Below are positions 9,711 through 16,752 of a stretch of 64,000 bases of DNA, piece after piece. Under the pieces are notes generated by a model. That model had not been told where the DNA came from, made no database searches, and saw only the letters and a program-made list of their open reading frames with translations. The stretch is from NCBI GenBank assembly GCA_028286605.1, contig JAQBRE010000002.1, positions 399,687-463,686 of the forward strand, written 5' to 3'. Position numbers and translations under genes: made by a program. Numbering within the stretch: position 1 is the first letter of the stretch; every line of letters begins with the position of its first letter. Source of the DNA: Parcubacteria group bacterium (GTDB taxonomy: Bacteria > Patescibacteriota > Minisyncoccia > Phycocordibacterales > Phycocordibacteraceae).

Positions 9711-10214
9711 ATGAGCCCCGATGTAGAGAAGGTGAATATCGCTTATATAGATGCTGCAAATCTAGACAGAGCCTTGAAAGATTTAAACTGGAAACTAGAT
9801 TACAAGAAATTTAGAGTCTGGCTTTCTGATAAATATAAAATTGAGCGCGCTTATATTTTCATAGGGTTAATTCCTAAATACAAAGATTTATATACTCATT
9901 TCCAAGAATGCGGATTCACGGTCATCTTCAAGGAGGTGGTGTATCAAGGAGGAGGAATTCCTAAAGGGAACTGCGATACAGATTTAATAATGCAGGCAAT
10001 GGCAGATGCCTATGAAGGAAGCCTTCAAAAGGCACTGATCATTTCCAGTGATGGTGATTACGCCCCGTTAGTTAAGAAATTACAGTCGCGAGAGCAATTC
10101 CTAGCAATACTATCTCCTGCTCCGGCTAAGAAATGTTCGATACTTTTGAAACGAACAGACGCACCCATTGCATATATTAACGATCAACGAGGGCTCCTTG
10201 AGGAGATTAAATAA
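9711..10214 (+). CDS. NYN-domain (LabA-like / PIN-like nuclease) protein
   Basis: VNIAYIDAANLDRA...(D)...LIISSDGDYAPLVKKL follows the NYN/LabA pattern (FIDGxNL ... SGDGDF). The surrounding islet is AT-rich (~35% GC). Confidence 0.65.
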   Translation: MSPDVEKVNIAYIDAANLDRALKDLNWKLDYKKFRVWLSDKYKIERAYIFIGLIPKYKDLYTHFQECGFTVIFKEVVYQGGGIPKGNCDTDLIMQAMADAYEGSLQKALIISSDGDYAPLVKKLQSREQFLAILSPAPAKKCSILLKRTDAPIAYINDQRGLLEEIK

Positions 10215-10384
10215 AAAGGCCCCCGATGCGGACGAGCCGCATAAGGGTCCTTTTCGTGGTGATATCTAGAGTATACTCGAACACCATGAGGATTTCAAGA
10301 AGAGGTGTATAACCCCTGATTTCTAAGATGTGTTTCCTGTGGACGAGATTCGACGATTCCTGACGACAAGCATAATATAAATAT

Positions 10385-10918
10385 ATGACCTACGCACAAG
10401 CCGAGGCGAAATTTAAGAGCATAAAGACTGCTATTGGAAAATGGTTGGGGATCAAACGGGTAAAGAAACAAATTCACGATCAGGCAACTAAGGATGCTTT
10501 TGCGAAATCAGACCCTGATACAAAGATGAAGCTTATCGGACCCCAACTCGAAATCTTTACTTCATCGGTGTCTAGAAAGTCAGATCTTCTTCCAACTATT
10601 GCTACTCTCGTTGCGGCTCTAATAGTTGTTACTACCCTAAATCATGACCTTGTACCTCTTCGACCTACTGAAACCAAGGCAATTTTAAGCCTCTTCTTAA
10701 TCCTTATTCCGATTACTCTTAATTACTACATAAAAGTAATGGAGCATACGGCAAGGGGAGCTGTCGACATAATCGATTCTTATCAGGGATTCAGTACGTT
10801 CGAAAAAATGGGACCAGTCTCGTTTCTTCAGAGTTTAAGTTCCGAGTTTCCAATAATAATTGTTTATATAATTTATGGTGTCGTTGGATTAATTATATTC
10901 AGAATCTGGTACGGATAA
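10385..10918 (+). CDS. Hypothetical membrane protein (AT-rich islet)
   Basis: 177-aa ORF with three or more hydrophobic helices (LLPTIATLVAALIVVTTL; AILSLFLILIPITLNYYI; FPIIIVYIIYGVVGLIIFRIW). Its AT-rich composition matches the neighbouring NYN gene. Confidence 0.5.
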   Translation: MTYAQAEAKFKSIKTAIGKWLGIKRVKKQIHDQATKDAFAKSDPDTKMKLIGPQLEIFTSSVSRKSDLLPTIATLVAALIVVTTLNHDLVPLRPTETKAILSLFLILIPITLNYYIKVMEHTARGAVDIIDSYQGFSTFEKMGPVSFLQSLSSEFPIIIVYIIYGVVGLIIFRIWYG

Positions 10919-10924
10919 ATAAAT

Positions 10925-10998
10925 TGGCGGGCCCACGAGGAATCGAACCTCGGCCGACGGTTTTGGAGACCGACGTTCTACCATTAAACTATAGGCCC
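10925..10998 (-). tRNA. tRNA-Trp (anticodon CCA), with CCA encoded
   Basis: The reverse complement GGGCCTATAGTTTAATGGTAGAACGTCGGTCTCCAAAACCGTCGGCCGAGGTTCGATTCCTCGTGGGCCCGCCA folds as a cloverleaf: 7-bp acceptor stem, T-arm CGAGG-TTCGATT-CCTCG, and anticodon loop CTCCAAA. Confidence 0.88.
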
Positions 10999-11079
10999 TA
11001 TAGCGCCACGATAGCAGACGCAGACCCTGTGGGCAAAGGAACTATCCAGCCAGCTATGCCGTACAATGGAGGTATCGTT

Positions 11080-12081
11080 ATGGGCACTCGCGCTACTCTT
11101 ATATCCTCCGGCATCCTCGCGCTCGCTGCGATGCCGCTTTCTGCATTCGCTGCCACGACGAACTTCTTCGGCCCGATCATTCCGCAGGGAGGGAACTGTC
11201 TTTGTGCAACAAGCGCAATGGACTGGGGCTGCGTAATTGCGGTTGTCCAAAACGTACTGAACCTATTGGTCTCGCTTGGCGTTATTGCCGTGGTGTTCTT
11301 CTTTGCCTGGGCAGGATTCACGCTCGTAGCAAGCGGTGGGAGTCCTGCAGCGCTCACGAAGGCGAAGAATCGTATGCTTAATGCCGTACTCGGTCTCGTG
11401 CTTATCCTTGGTGCGTGGACGATTATCGATACGATCATGAAGGTCCTCTACAATCCTTCTGCAGCATTTACTGGCGGCACTTTCGGTCCATGGGAAAGCG
11501 TTCTTAATGCGAATAACGGCGCGTATTGTTTGAAGCCTAATACTTCTCCAGGAATTCTTACGAATGGAAGTATCATTGGGACACTTATTAATGCAGTGAA
11601 TCCCGGCACAGCAAACTCTTCATCGAATCCTGGTAGTTGTAATGTTGCTTCTGGCGGACCATGTACCGTTTCTAATTTGACGCCGGTATTTGGTAGTAAT
11701 GCAAGTCAGGCAGCGCAAATCTGTTCTGCAGAGAGTGGTAATAACCCGCAGAGCACGAGTAAGTCTGATAAAACTTCGGACGGTAATTCTTATTCTGTTG
11801 GTTTGTTCCAAATAAATCTGACAAACTCCTTTAATCAAAGCGTTGATGGACAGAATTGCAGTGCCGCATTCTCAAAGAAATGCCAAGGTAGCGCCGTTGT
11901 GCAATCGGGATCATCAGCAGGTTCATGTAGTGCAACTGTTATAAACCCACAGCTGTATAGTGATTGCGTTGCCGCCGCTCAGAACCCAACCACAAACATG
12001 CAGGCGGCTCAGGCAATCTACAGTCGGAACGGTAATTGGAATCCATGGTCAACCTCTAATACGTGCGGTCTTCATAGTTAG
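11080..12081 (+). CDS. Secreted fusion protein: TrbC/VirB2-like pilin domain, Cys/Ser/Asn-rich linker, and VirB1-like lytic transglycosylase (SLT) domain
   Basis: RBS ggaggt. Signal peptide MGTRATLISSGILALAAMPLSAFA. Two hydrophobic helices separated by a short basic loop (LVSLGVIAVVFFFAWAGFTLVASGG-SPAALTKAKNR-MLNAVLGLVLILGAWTII) match VirB2/TrbC pilin topology. The C-terminus CSAESGNNPQ...DGNSYSVGLFQINLTNS...NPTTNMQAAQAIYSRNGNWNPW matches the VirB1/SLT catalytic signature (ES..NP...GS.D.GLMQIN...Y..G.W..W). The ORF-track start at 10924 would overlap tRNA-Trp and is rejected. Confidence 0.7.
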   Translation: MGTRATLISSGILALAAMPLSAFAATTNFFGPIIPQGGNCLCATSAMDWGCVIAVVQNVLNLLVSLGVIAVVFFFAWAGFTLVASGGSPAALTKAKNRMLNAVLGLVLILGAWTIIDTIMKVLYNPSAAFTGGTFGPWESVLNANNGAYCLKPNTSPGILTNGSIIGTLINAVNPGTANSSSNPGSCNVASGGPCTVSNLTPVFGSNASQAAQICSAESGNNPQSTSKSDKTSDGNSYSVGLFQINLTNSFNQSVDGQNCSAAFSKKCQGSAVVQSGSSAGSCSATVINPQLYSDCVAAAQNPTTNMQAAQAIYSRNGNWNPWSTSNTCGLHS

Positions 12082-12098
12082 CGATATATACTATTTAT

Positions 12099-12614
12099 AT
12101 GAAAAAACTTGGAATAATCATTGCAGTTTTCATTGTGATCTTGATCGTGCTTGGGGTATTTGCATTTGTCTTGAGCAATATGAATAAGGGAATCGTGAAT
12201 CAAGCTCCAAATCCTTTCGCGAGCACTACCTCTGGTAATATTTCTCCATCACAGACTCCGCTTCCACTCACGCTTACTGACGGAAGCAGTCTTTCAGTCC
12301 CAGATTTTACTAAGCAGAATCAGCCATCAGTTGCTGGGCCCGATACTGGGTATCAGGCTGCAGGTAGCTCGGCGGGTGATTATCAGATTCTCTATTTCCC
12401 GCAGGGATCATATTTTCTTATCAGTCTTCTTAACGAGCCAATCGGTGCTACTCGGCTAGCTGCTCAGGGCGCACTCGAAAGCAAGCTCGGTCTTACTGAT
12501 GCTCAAATGTGCAAGCTTAATATCGAAGTGCGCACCACCATTGCGGTGAACGACACTTTCGGTGGTAAGAATCTTGGAATTAGCTTCTGCCCCGGAGCTA
12601 CGAAGCTTCCGTAG
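12099..12614 (+). CDS. Membrane-anchored hypothetical protein
   Basis: N-terminal TM helix (LGIIIAVFIVILIVLGVFAFVL) followed by a Ser/Thr/Pro-rich linker and a globular C-terminus. It overlaps the miaA 3' end by 17 nt in convergent orientation. Confidence 0.5.
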   Translation: MKKLGIIIAVFIVILIVLGVFAFVLSNMNKGIVNQAPNPFASTTSGNISPSQTPLPLTLTDGSSLSVPDFTKQNQPSVAGPDTGYQAAGSSAGDYQILYFPQGSYFLISLLNEPIGATRLAAQGALESKLGLTDAQMCKLNIEVRTTIAVNDTFGGKNLGISFCPGATKLP

Positions 12615-13446
12615 GGTTTTCGAGACTGGCGAGTTTACGGAGCCACTTCTTCTGTTCGCGCGCATAGTGCCAGAGCTTTACGGATAGGGAACCGAGGAGC
12701 GATTCTTCGGTGCGTTCGTCGCGGAGGTATTCGCCAACAATTCGGTATTCAAGGCCGAGCTCATTCAGACGTGCGTCGCCGACACGTTCGCGGGTCTGGC
12801 GTACCTCCTCGATGAGGCCGTTCTGGAGCGCCTGCAGCAGGCGCTCTTCGATGCGCGGCCGCAATTCCTCCTTTGGTGGGTCTATCACCACCCACTGCAC
12901 ATTGTAGAGCGCCTCACGTTGTACACGTTCCGGCACCGCGCCGCGCAGGGTGATAATCTCAAGCGCACGAACGAGCCTGCGACGGTTGTTCGAATCCAGC
13001 ATGCCAGCACGACGCGGATCTTTAGCGAGGACCTGCGCAAATAGTTCCTGCGTTGAAAGCTTCTCGAGTTCGATGCGCAGTGCCGGGTCACTCGGAATTT
13101 CCGGCAAACCATATATCAGTGCATCGAAATAGAAATGAGTACCGCCGGCAAGGACGGGCACCTTGCCGCGTGCGTGCAAATCAGCGATGAGTTTTTTGGC
13201 ATCGACGACGAAGTCGCCGGCACTGTACGCATCTTCCGGTTCACGGATATCGATCAGATGATGCAGGATGCCCTGCATCTCTTCTTTCGAGATCTTTTCC
13301 GTCCCGATATCGAGCGTGCGATACACCTGACGTGAATCTACCGATATGACCTCGCCATCATACTCTTGGGCAAGCGCGATAGCTTTGGCGGACTTGCCGC
13401 TGGCCGTAGGGCCGATGACGGCAATAATAGGTTGAAGAGGCTCCAT
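12598..13446 (-). CDS. miaA: tRNA dimethylallyltransferase
   Basis: IAVIGPTASGKS P-loop, DSRQVYRTLDIGTEKIS and LAGGTHFY motifs. 282 aa. Confidence 0.88.
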   Translation of the reverse strand: MEPLQPIIAVIGPTASGKSAKAIALAQEYDGEVISVDSRQVYRTLDIGTEKISKEEMQGILHHLIDIREPEDAYSAGDFVVDAKKLIADLHARGKVPVLAGGTHFYFDALIYGLPEIPSDPALRIELEKLSTQELFAQVLAKDPRRAGMLDSNNRRRLVRALEIITLRGAVPERVQREALYNVQWVVIDPPKEELRPRIEERLLQALQNGLIEEVRQTRERVGDARLNELGLEYRIVGEYLRDERTEESLLGSLSVKLWHYAREQKKWLRKLASLENPTEAS

Positions 13447-13507
13447 GCGCGTTTATGCAGGCGATGCTATCATACAATCCTCACTAGCAGGTAATTACAC
13501 TCTTCGT

Positions 13508-14188
13508 ATGTCACCAGAAAAAAGCGGCCAGAAGGGGCGAAAGAGCAATTATTGCGAATACTGCGGCGACTTTCACGACTCATTTTGTGAATATACTTGC
13601 GCGGTACGCGTGGGCGAAGTGATTCCTGACTACGAATTCGAGTCGTTCCAGAACGAGAAGATCAGTACGATGAAGTTCTCTGACTTCCGTGGCAAGTGGC
13701 TCGTCGTGATGTTCTATCCGGGAGACTTTACCTTCGTGTGTCCGACCGAACTTGAAGATATGGCGAGCTTCTATGAAAAGTTCCAGGCAATGAATACGGA
13801 AGTGATTTCGTTTTCAACCGACACGGTGTTCACGCACAAGGCATGGCATGACACGTCTGAAGCGATAAAGAAAGTGAACTTTCCGATGGGTTCTGATCCC
13901 TCAGGCAAGATCGCTTCCGCGTTTGGTACGCTTATCGAAGGTGGCGAGCTTCAGCTTACGCCGGACGAAGGTCTTTCGCTCCGCGGTACGTTCGTCATAG
14001 ACCCGAGCGGCACTCTTCGCACGCTCGAGATACATGACAATAGCGTCGGCCGCAAAGCGGCCGAGACATTCCGCAAAGTGCAGGCTGCGCAGTATGTTGA
14101 AACGCATGCAGGCCAGGTGTGCCCTGCATCGTGGGAGCCAGGCGATGACACTCTCGAGCCAGGGATTAATCTGGTGGGGAAAATCTAG
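13508..14188 (+). CDS. Peroxiredoxin (typical 2-Cys AhpC/Prx1 family). It may carry an N-terminal Cys-rich extension, because the start is uncertain.
   Basis: FYPGDFTFVCPTEL peroxidatic Cys motif and C-terminal resolving Cys (QVCPASWEPG). The ATG at 13508 adds NYCEYCGDFHDSFCEYTC upstream of the Prx core. An alternative GTG start just before GEVIPDYEF would remove it. The ORF-track start at 13445 is rejected because it abuts the divergent miaA start. Confidence 0.75.
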   Translation: MSPEKSGQKGRKSNYCEYCGDFHDSFCEYTCAVRVGEVIPDYEFESFQNEKISTMKFSDFRGKWLVVMFYPGDFTFVCPTELEDMASFYEKFQAMNTEVISFSTDTVFTHKAWHDTSEAIKKVNFPMGSDPSGKIASAFGTLIEGGELQLTPDEGLSLRGTFVIDPSGTLRTLEIHDNSVGRKAAETFRKVQAAQYVETHAGQVCPASWEPGDDTLEPGINLVGKI

Positions 14189-14214
14189 CGAGAAAATAAA
14201 GAAAAGATAAAGTA

Positions 14215-14248
14215 AAACCCGTCCGATAGTCTGGACGGGTTTTCGCTT
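14215..14248. terminator. Bidirectional terminator hairpin
   Basis: aaacccgtccgatagtctggacgggttt with the stem cccgtcc/ggacggg. It lies between the prx stop and the minus-strand small ORF. Confidence 0.6.
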
Positions 14249-14264
14249 TCGCGTGAGCGCTGTT

Positions 14265-14468
14265 CTAGCGCTGGGTGGAAGCCGTTTCGGTTTCCTTGGT
14301 TCTTATTTCACGACCTCGCTTCATCCAGTCGAGTACTGTCTTCCGTGATGGGAATTCACCGGATTTCTTTTCCGGAACAGGCTTGCTAAAGGCGTCGTGA
14401 ATCATCCGTACGTCGTGATCATCTTCTTCGCACATAGTTCCCCCGAACAAAGGACAAGGTATGAACAT
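14265..14468 (-). CDS. Small basic hypothetical protein (67 aa). Low support.
   Basis: The ORF abuts the end of the ndk-like gene and overlaps its stop by about 1 nt. No recognisable domain. Confidence 0.3.
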   Translation of the reverse strand: MFIPCPLFGGTMCEEDDHDVRMIHDAFSKPVPEKKSGEFPSRKTVLDWMKRGREIRTKETETASTQR

Positions 14469-14469
14469 A

Positions 14470-14889
14470 TCATGACGGAAAGAAAAGTGCGATATCCCGT
14501 TTGGCCTCCCGCATATCCACCGGACGATGCATCACATTTTCCCACCAGTCCCATCCGTCGATATGCTGCGGGCTCGTGTGCTCGCTATAACGGAATCGAA
14601 TACTGTTAGGAGAACATCGGCGAGGGTCGCTGTGGCAACCAATTACCGCAAGAAGCTGCACGATGTTTGGCGTACGTACTTGCAGCGCAAGACCAGCTTT
14701 CCCAATCATACTCGCCGCGATGTGTGTACGTGCAGCAGCATTCATGTGGTCATAGAGCTGGTGAATCATATCCTCGGTATAAATGATTCGACTACGTTCT
14801 CGTACGCACATACCAGCACGCACAAGCGACTGAATGATTTCCGCTGCGTGCGGCAGGCCATCTGGTTTAATGATGCAACACACGTCCAT
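14470..14889 (-). CDS. Nucleoside-diphosphate kinase-like protein (divergent)
   Basis: N-terminal CIIKPDG (NDK IKPDG motif) and C-terminal NVMHRPVDMREAKRDIALFF (compare NxIHGSDSxExAxREIxLWF, catalytic His retained). The central region is divergent. Confidence 0.55.
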   Translation of the reverse strand: MDVCCIIKPDGLPHAAEIIQSLVRAGMCVRERSRIIYTEDMIHQLYDHMNAAARTHIAASMIGKAGLALQVRTPNIVQLLAVIGCHSDPRRCSPNSIRFRYSEHTSPQHIDGWDWWENVMHRPVDMREAKRDIALFFPS

Positions 14890-15044
14890 CGAGTTTTCTC
14901 CCCATGAGTGTCAGTCCGTGAATGAGTATAGCTAATAAGGCATCAAGGAGTCTTAAAGACTTCCTAAAGTTTTCCTGAAGATATAAAAGAGTTATTTGGC
15001 CTCAAGACAAGCTGAATAGAAGCCTGCAGCCATAGAGTTATTCT

Positions 15045-15431
15045 ATGGAAGATTTTGATTCATGGAACAAGTCCAAAAAACTGGATTACAGTAACTCTAA
15101 ACCGGAAGTATTTCCAAAAGCAGGAGAAGTTTGGTTAACCGTTCTTGGAAAGAACATTGGATACGAACAGAATGGAGTGACCGATAGATTTATTAGACCT
15201 TGTCTCATTGTTAAGAAATTTAATAATGGGATGTTTTGGGTGGTTCCACTCTCAAGTAAGCAAAAGAAATTTAATTTCTATTTTAATTTTCTTGATCCAA
15301 ATGGGTTACCTGTGTCTGCGATACTTGCCCAATTAAGAATGATAAGTAGCAAGCGCTTTTCAAAGCGTTTGTATAGTATGGATATCAAAACGTACCTTCG
15401 AATTAAGGGCAGACTAAAATCGTTTTTATAA
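15045..15431 (+). CDS. PemK/MazF-family toxin-like protein (mRNA interferase fold), apparently solitary
   Basis: FPKAGEVWLTVLGKNIGYEQNGVTDRFIRPCLIVKK...FWVVPLSSK follows the PemK/MazF pattern (GE[IV]W..D...G.EQ.G.RP.L[IV]V......VVPLTS). The islet is AT-rich. No antitoxin-sized ORF lies upstream. Confidence 0.6.
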   Translation: MEDFDSWNKSKKLDYSNSKPEVFPKAGEVWLTVLGKNIGYEQNGVTDRFIRPCLIVKKFNNGMFWVVPLSSKQKKFNFYFNFLDPNGLPVSAILAQLRMISSKRFSKRLYSMDIKTYLRIKGRLKSFL

Positions 15432-15432
15432 T

Positions 15433-15462
15433 AATCCAAAATCCCGCCGTGAGGCGGGATTT
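15433..15462 (+). terminator. Rho-independent terminator after the mazF-like gene
   Basis: aaaatcccgcc-gtga-ggcgggattt stem-loop. Confidence 0.65.
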
Positions 15463-15595
15463 GTTGGAGTCCACAATGGACACTTTGGCTATGGATCCCT
15501 AATTAATAGAAATCTCCCGGAGCCCACGAGGGCGCTGTCGCGAACCGGAGCTCGCTTGTGGCCATTATATCAAATCTGTTTTTTGAGTCTAGCAG

Positions 15596-15676
15596 TGCCG
15601 GGGGAGGGACTCGAACCCTCAAGCCTTGCGGCAGAGGGTTTTGAATCCTCCGCGTATACCATTCCGCCACCCCGGC
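15596..15676 (-). tRNA. tRNA-Leu (anticodon CAA); CCA not encoded
   Basis: The reverse complement GCCGGGGTGGCGGAATGGTATACGCGGAGGATTCAAAACCCTCTGCCGCAAGGCTTGAGGGTTCGAGTCCCTCCCCCGGCA has a 7-bp acceptor stem, anticodon loop TTCAAAA, an ~11-nt variable arm, and the T-arm GAGGG-TTCGAGT-CCCTC. Confidence 0.85.
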
Positions 15677-15695
15677 GATATCGACATCGTACGCT

Positions 15696-15730
15696 AGCAT
15701 CCGCGCATCGCAAAGCGATGCGCGGATGCT
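15696..15730. promoter_or_regulatory. Perfect 16-bp inverted repeat (3-nt spacer) overlapping the parB -10 element. Candidate operator.
   Basis: agcatccgcgcatcgc-aaa-gcgatgcgcggatgct. The right arm runs into tgctacaat (extended -10), 9 nt upstream of the parB ATG. It sits between the divergent tRNA-Leu and parB. Confidence 0.55.
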
Positions 15731-15744
15731 ACAATTCCTCCATC

Positions 15745-16752
15745 ATGGCTGACGCGAATTACGTTCCTACCAAGTACGACTCCGTATTCTGGGTACCCAC
15801 TGAGCGTGTCCAGCCCAATCCATACCAGCCGCGGCGCGAGTTCGACGAAGAGCGCCTGAAGGCGCTCGCCGAGAGCATCCGCCAGTATGGCGTGCTCCAG
15901 CCGCTCGTGGTGACGCGTAGCGAGGTTGAGACGCTTATGGGTGGCCTGCAGAGTACCTATGAACTTATTGCCGGTGAGCGCCGCTTACGCGCCTCACGAT
16001 TGATCGGTCTGAAGGAAGTGCCGGTTATCATCCGCGTCGGCGAACAGACTGACGGCATGAAGCTCGAGCTCGCGATCATCGAGAACGTGCAGCGCGAAGA
16101 TCTTAATTCAATAGACCGCGCAAAGGCGCTCGCCCAGCTCGCTACCGAGTTCGGCCTTTCGCATGGTGAGATCGGCGCGAAGGTTGGTCGCAGCCGCGAA
16201 TATGTTTCTAACTCGATTCGCCTGCTCCTCCTTCCTGATGCGATACAACAAGCAGTGGTAGATAAAGAAATTACTGAAGGCCATGCGCGCGCACTTTTGA
16301 TGCTTAACGATAAGCCGGAGGAACGCGATACGCTCTTCAAGGAAATCGTTCTTAAGAAAACATCCGTGCGAATGGTAGAGCAACTCGCGCGTCGCTTGGC
16401 ACAAGACAAGATCCGCAAGCATGACAAGACGCCCGAAATGATGGCTTTGGAGAAGTCGCTCACAGAAACACTTGGTACGCGCGTGCTTATTGAAAACCGC
16501 CCAAAGGGCGGTCGTGTCCTCATCGAATTCTTTTCTCCGGAAGACCTCTCGCACATCGCGCAGATACTTGCAGAGCGTAATGAGCAGCAAGCTGCGATGA
16601 GCAAAGAAGCGACTGAATCAGTAGAGACGATGCCTGAACCGATGCCAGTGCACCCGAACACCACGCAGCTTACGCGCGAAATGCCTGAAGAAGCGGTTGC
16701 AGAAGAAGTCGTTGACGAAGACCTCTACGCGGTGAGCAGCTTCAGTGTCTAG
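15745..16752 (+). CDS. parB: Chromosome partitioning protein ParB/Spo0J
   Basis: ParB N-terminal box LIAGERRLRASRLIGLKEVPVIIR followed by an HTH and a C-terminal dimerisation region. The ORF-track N-terminal extension (from 15556) overlaps tRNA-Leu and is rejected. The parB stop overlaps the convergent rel stop. Confidence 0.85.
   Translation: MADANYVPTKYDSVFWVPTERVQPNPYQPRREFDEERLKALAESIRQYGVLQPLVVTRSEVETLMGGLQSTYELIAGERRLRASRLIGLKEVPVIIRVGEQTDGMKLELAIIENVQREDLNSIDRAKALAQLATEFGLSHGEIGAKVGRSREYVSNSIRLLLLPDAIQQAVVDKEITEGHARALLMLNDKPEERDTLFKEIVLKKTSVRMVEQLARRLAQDKIRKHDKTPEMMALEKSLTETLGTRVLIENRPKGGRVLIEFFSPEDLSHIAQILAERNEQQAAMSKEATESVETMPEPMPVHPNTTQLTREMPEEAVAEEVVDEDLYAVSSFSV

Noticed and set aside
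10924-11079. ORF-track N-terminal extension of the pilin-SLT gene starting at 10924
   Set aside because: It overlaps tRNA-Trp on the opposite strand. The internal Met at 11080 has a proper ggaggt RBS and begins a signal peptide.
15556-15744. ORF-track N-terminal extension of parB starting at 15556
   Set aside because: It overlaps tRNA-Leu and the palindrome/promoter. The ParB homology begins at MADANYV (15745).
16749-16752. Convergent overlap of the parB and rel stop codons, and the 17-nt miaA overlap with the 12099-12614 gene
   Set aside because: These are common compact-genome arrangements with no evident regulatory meaning.
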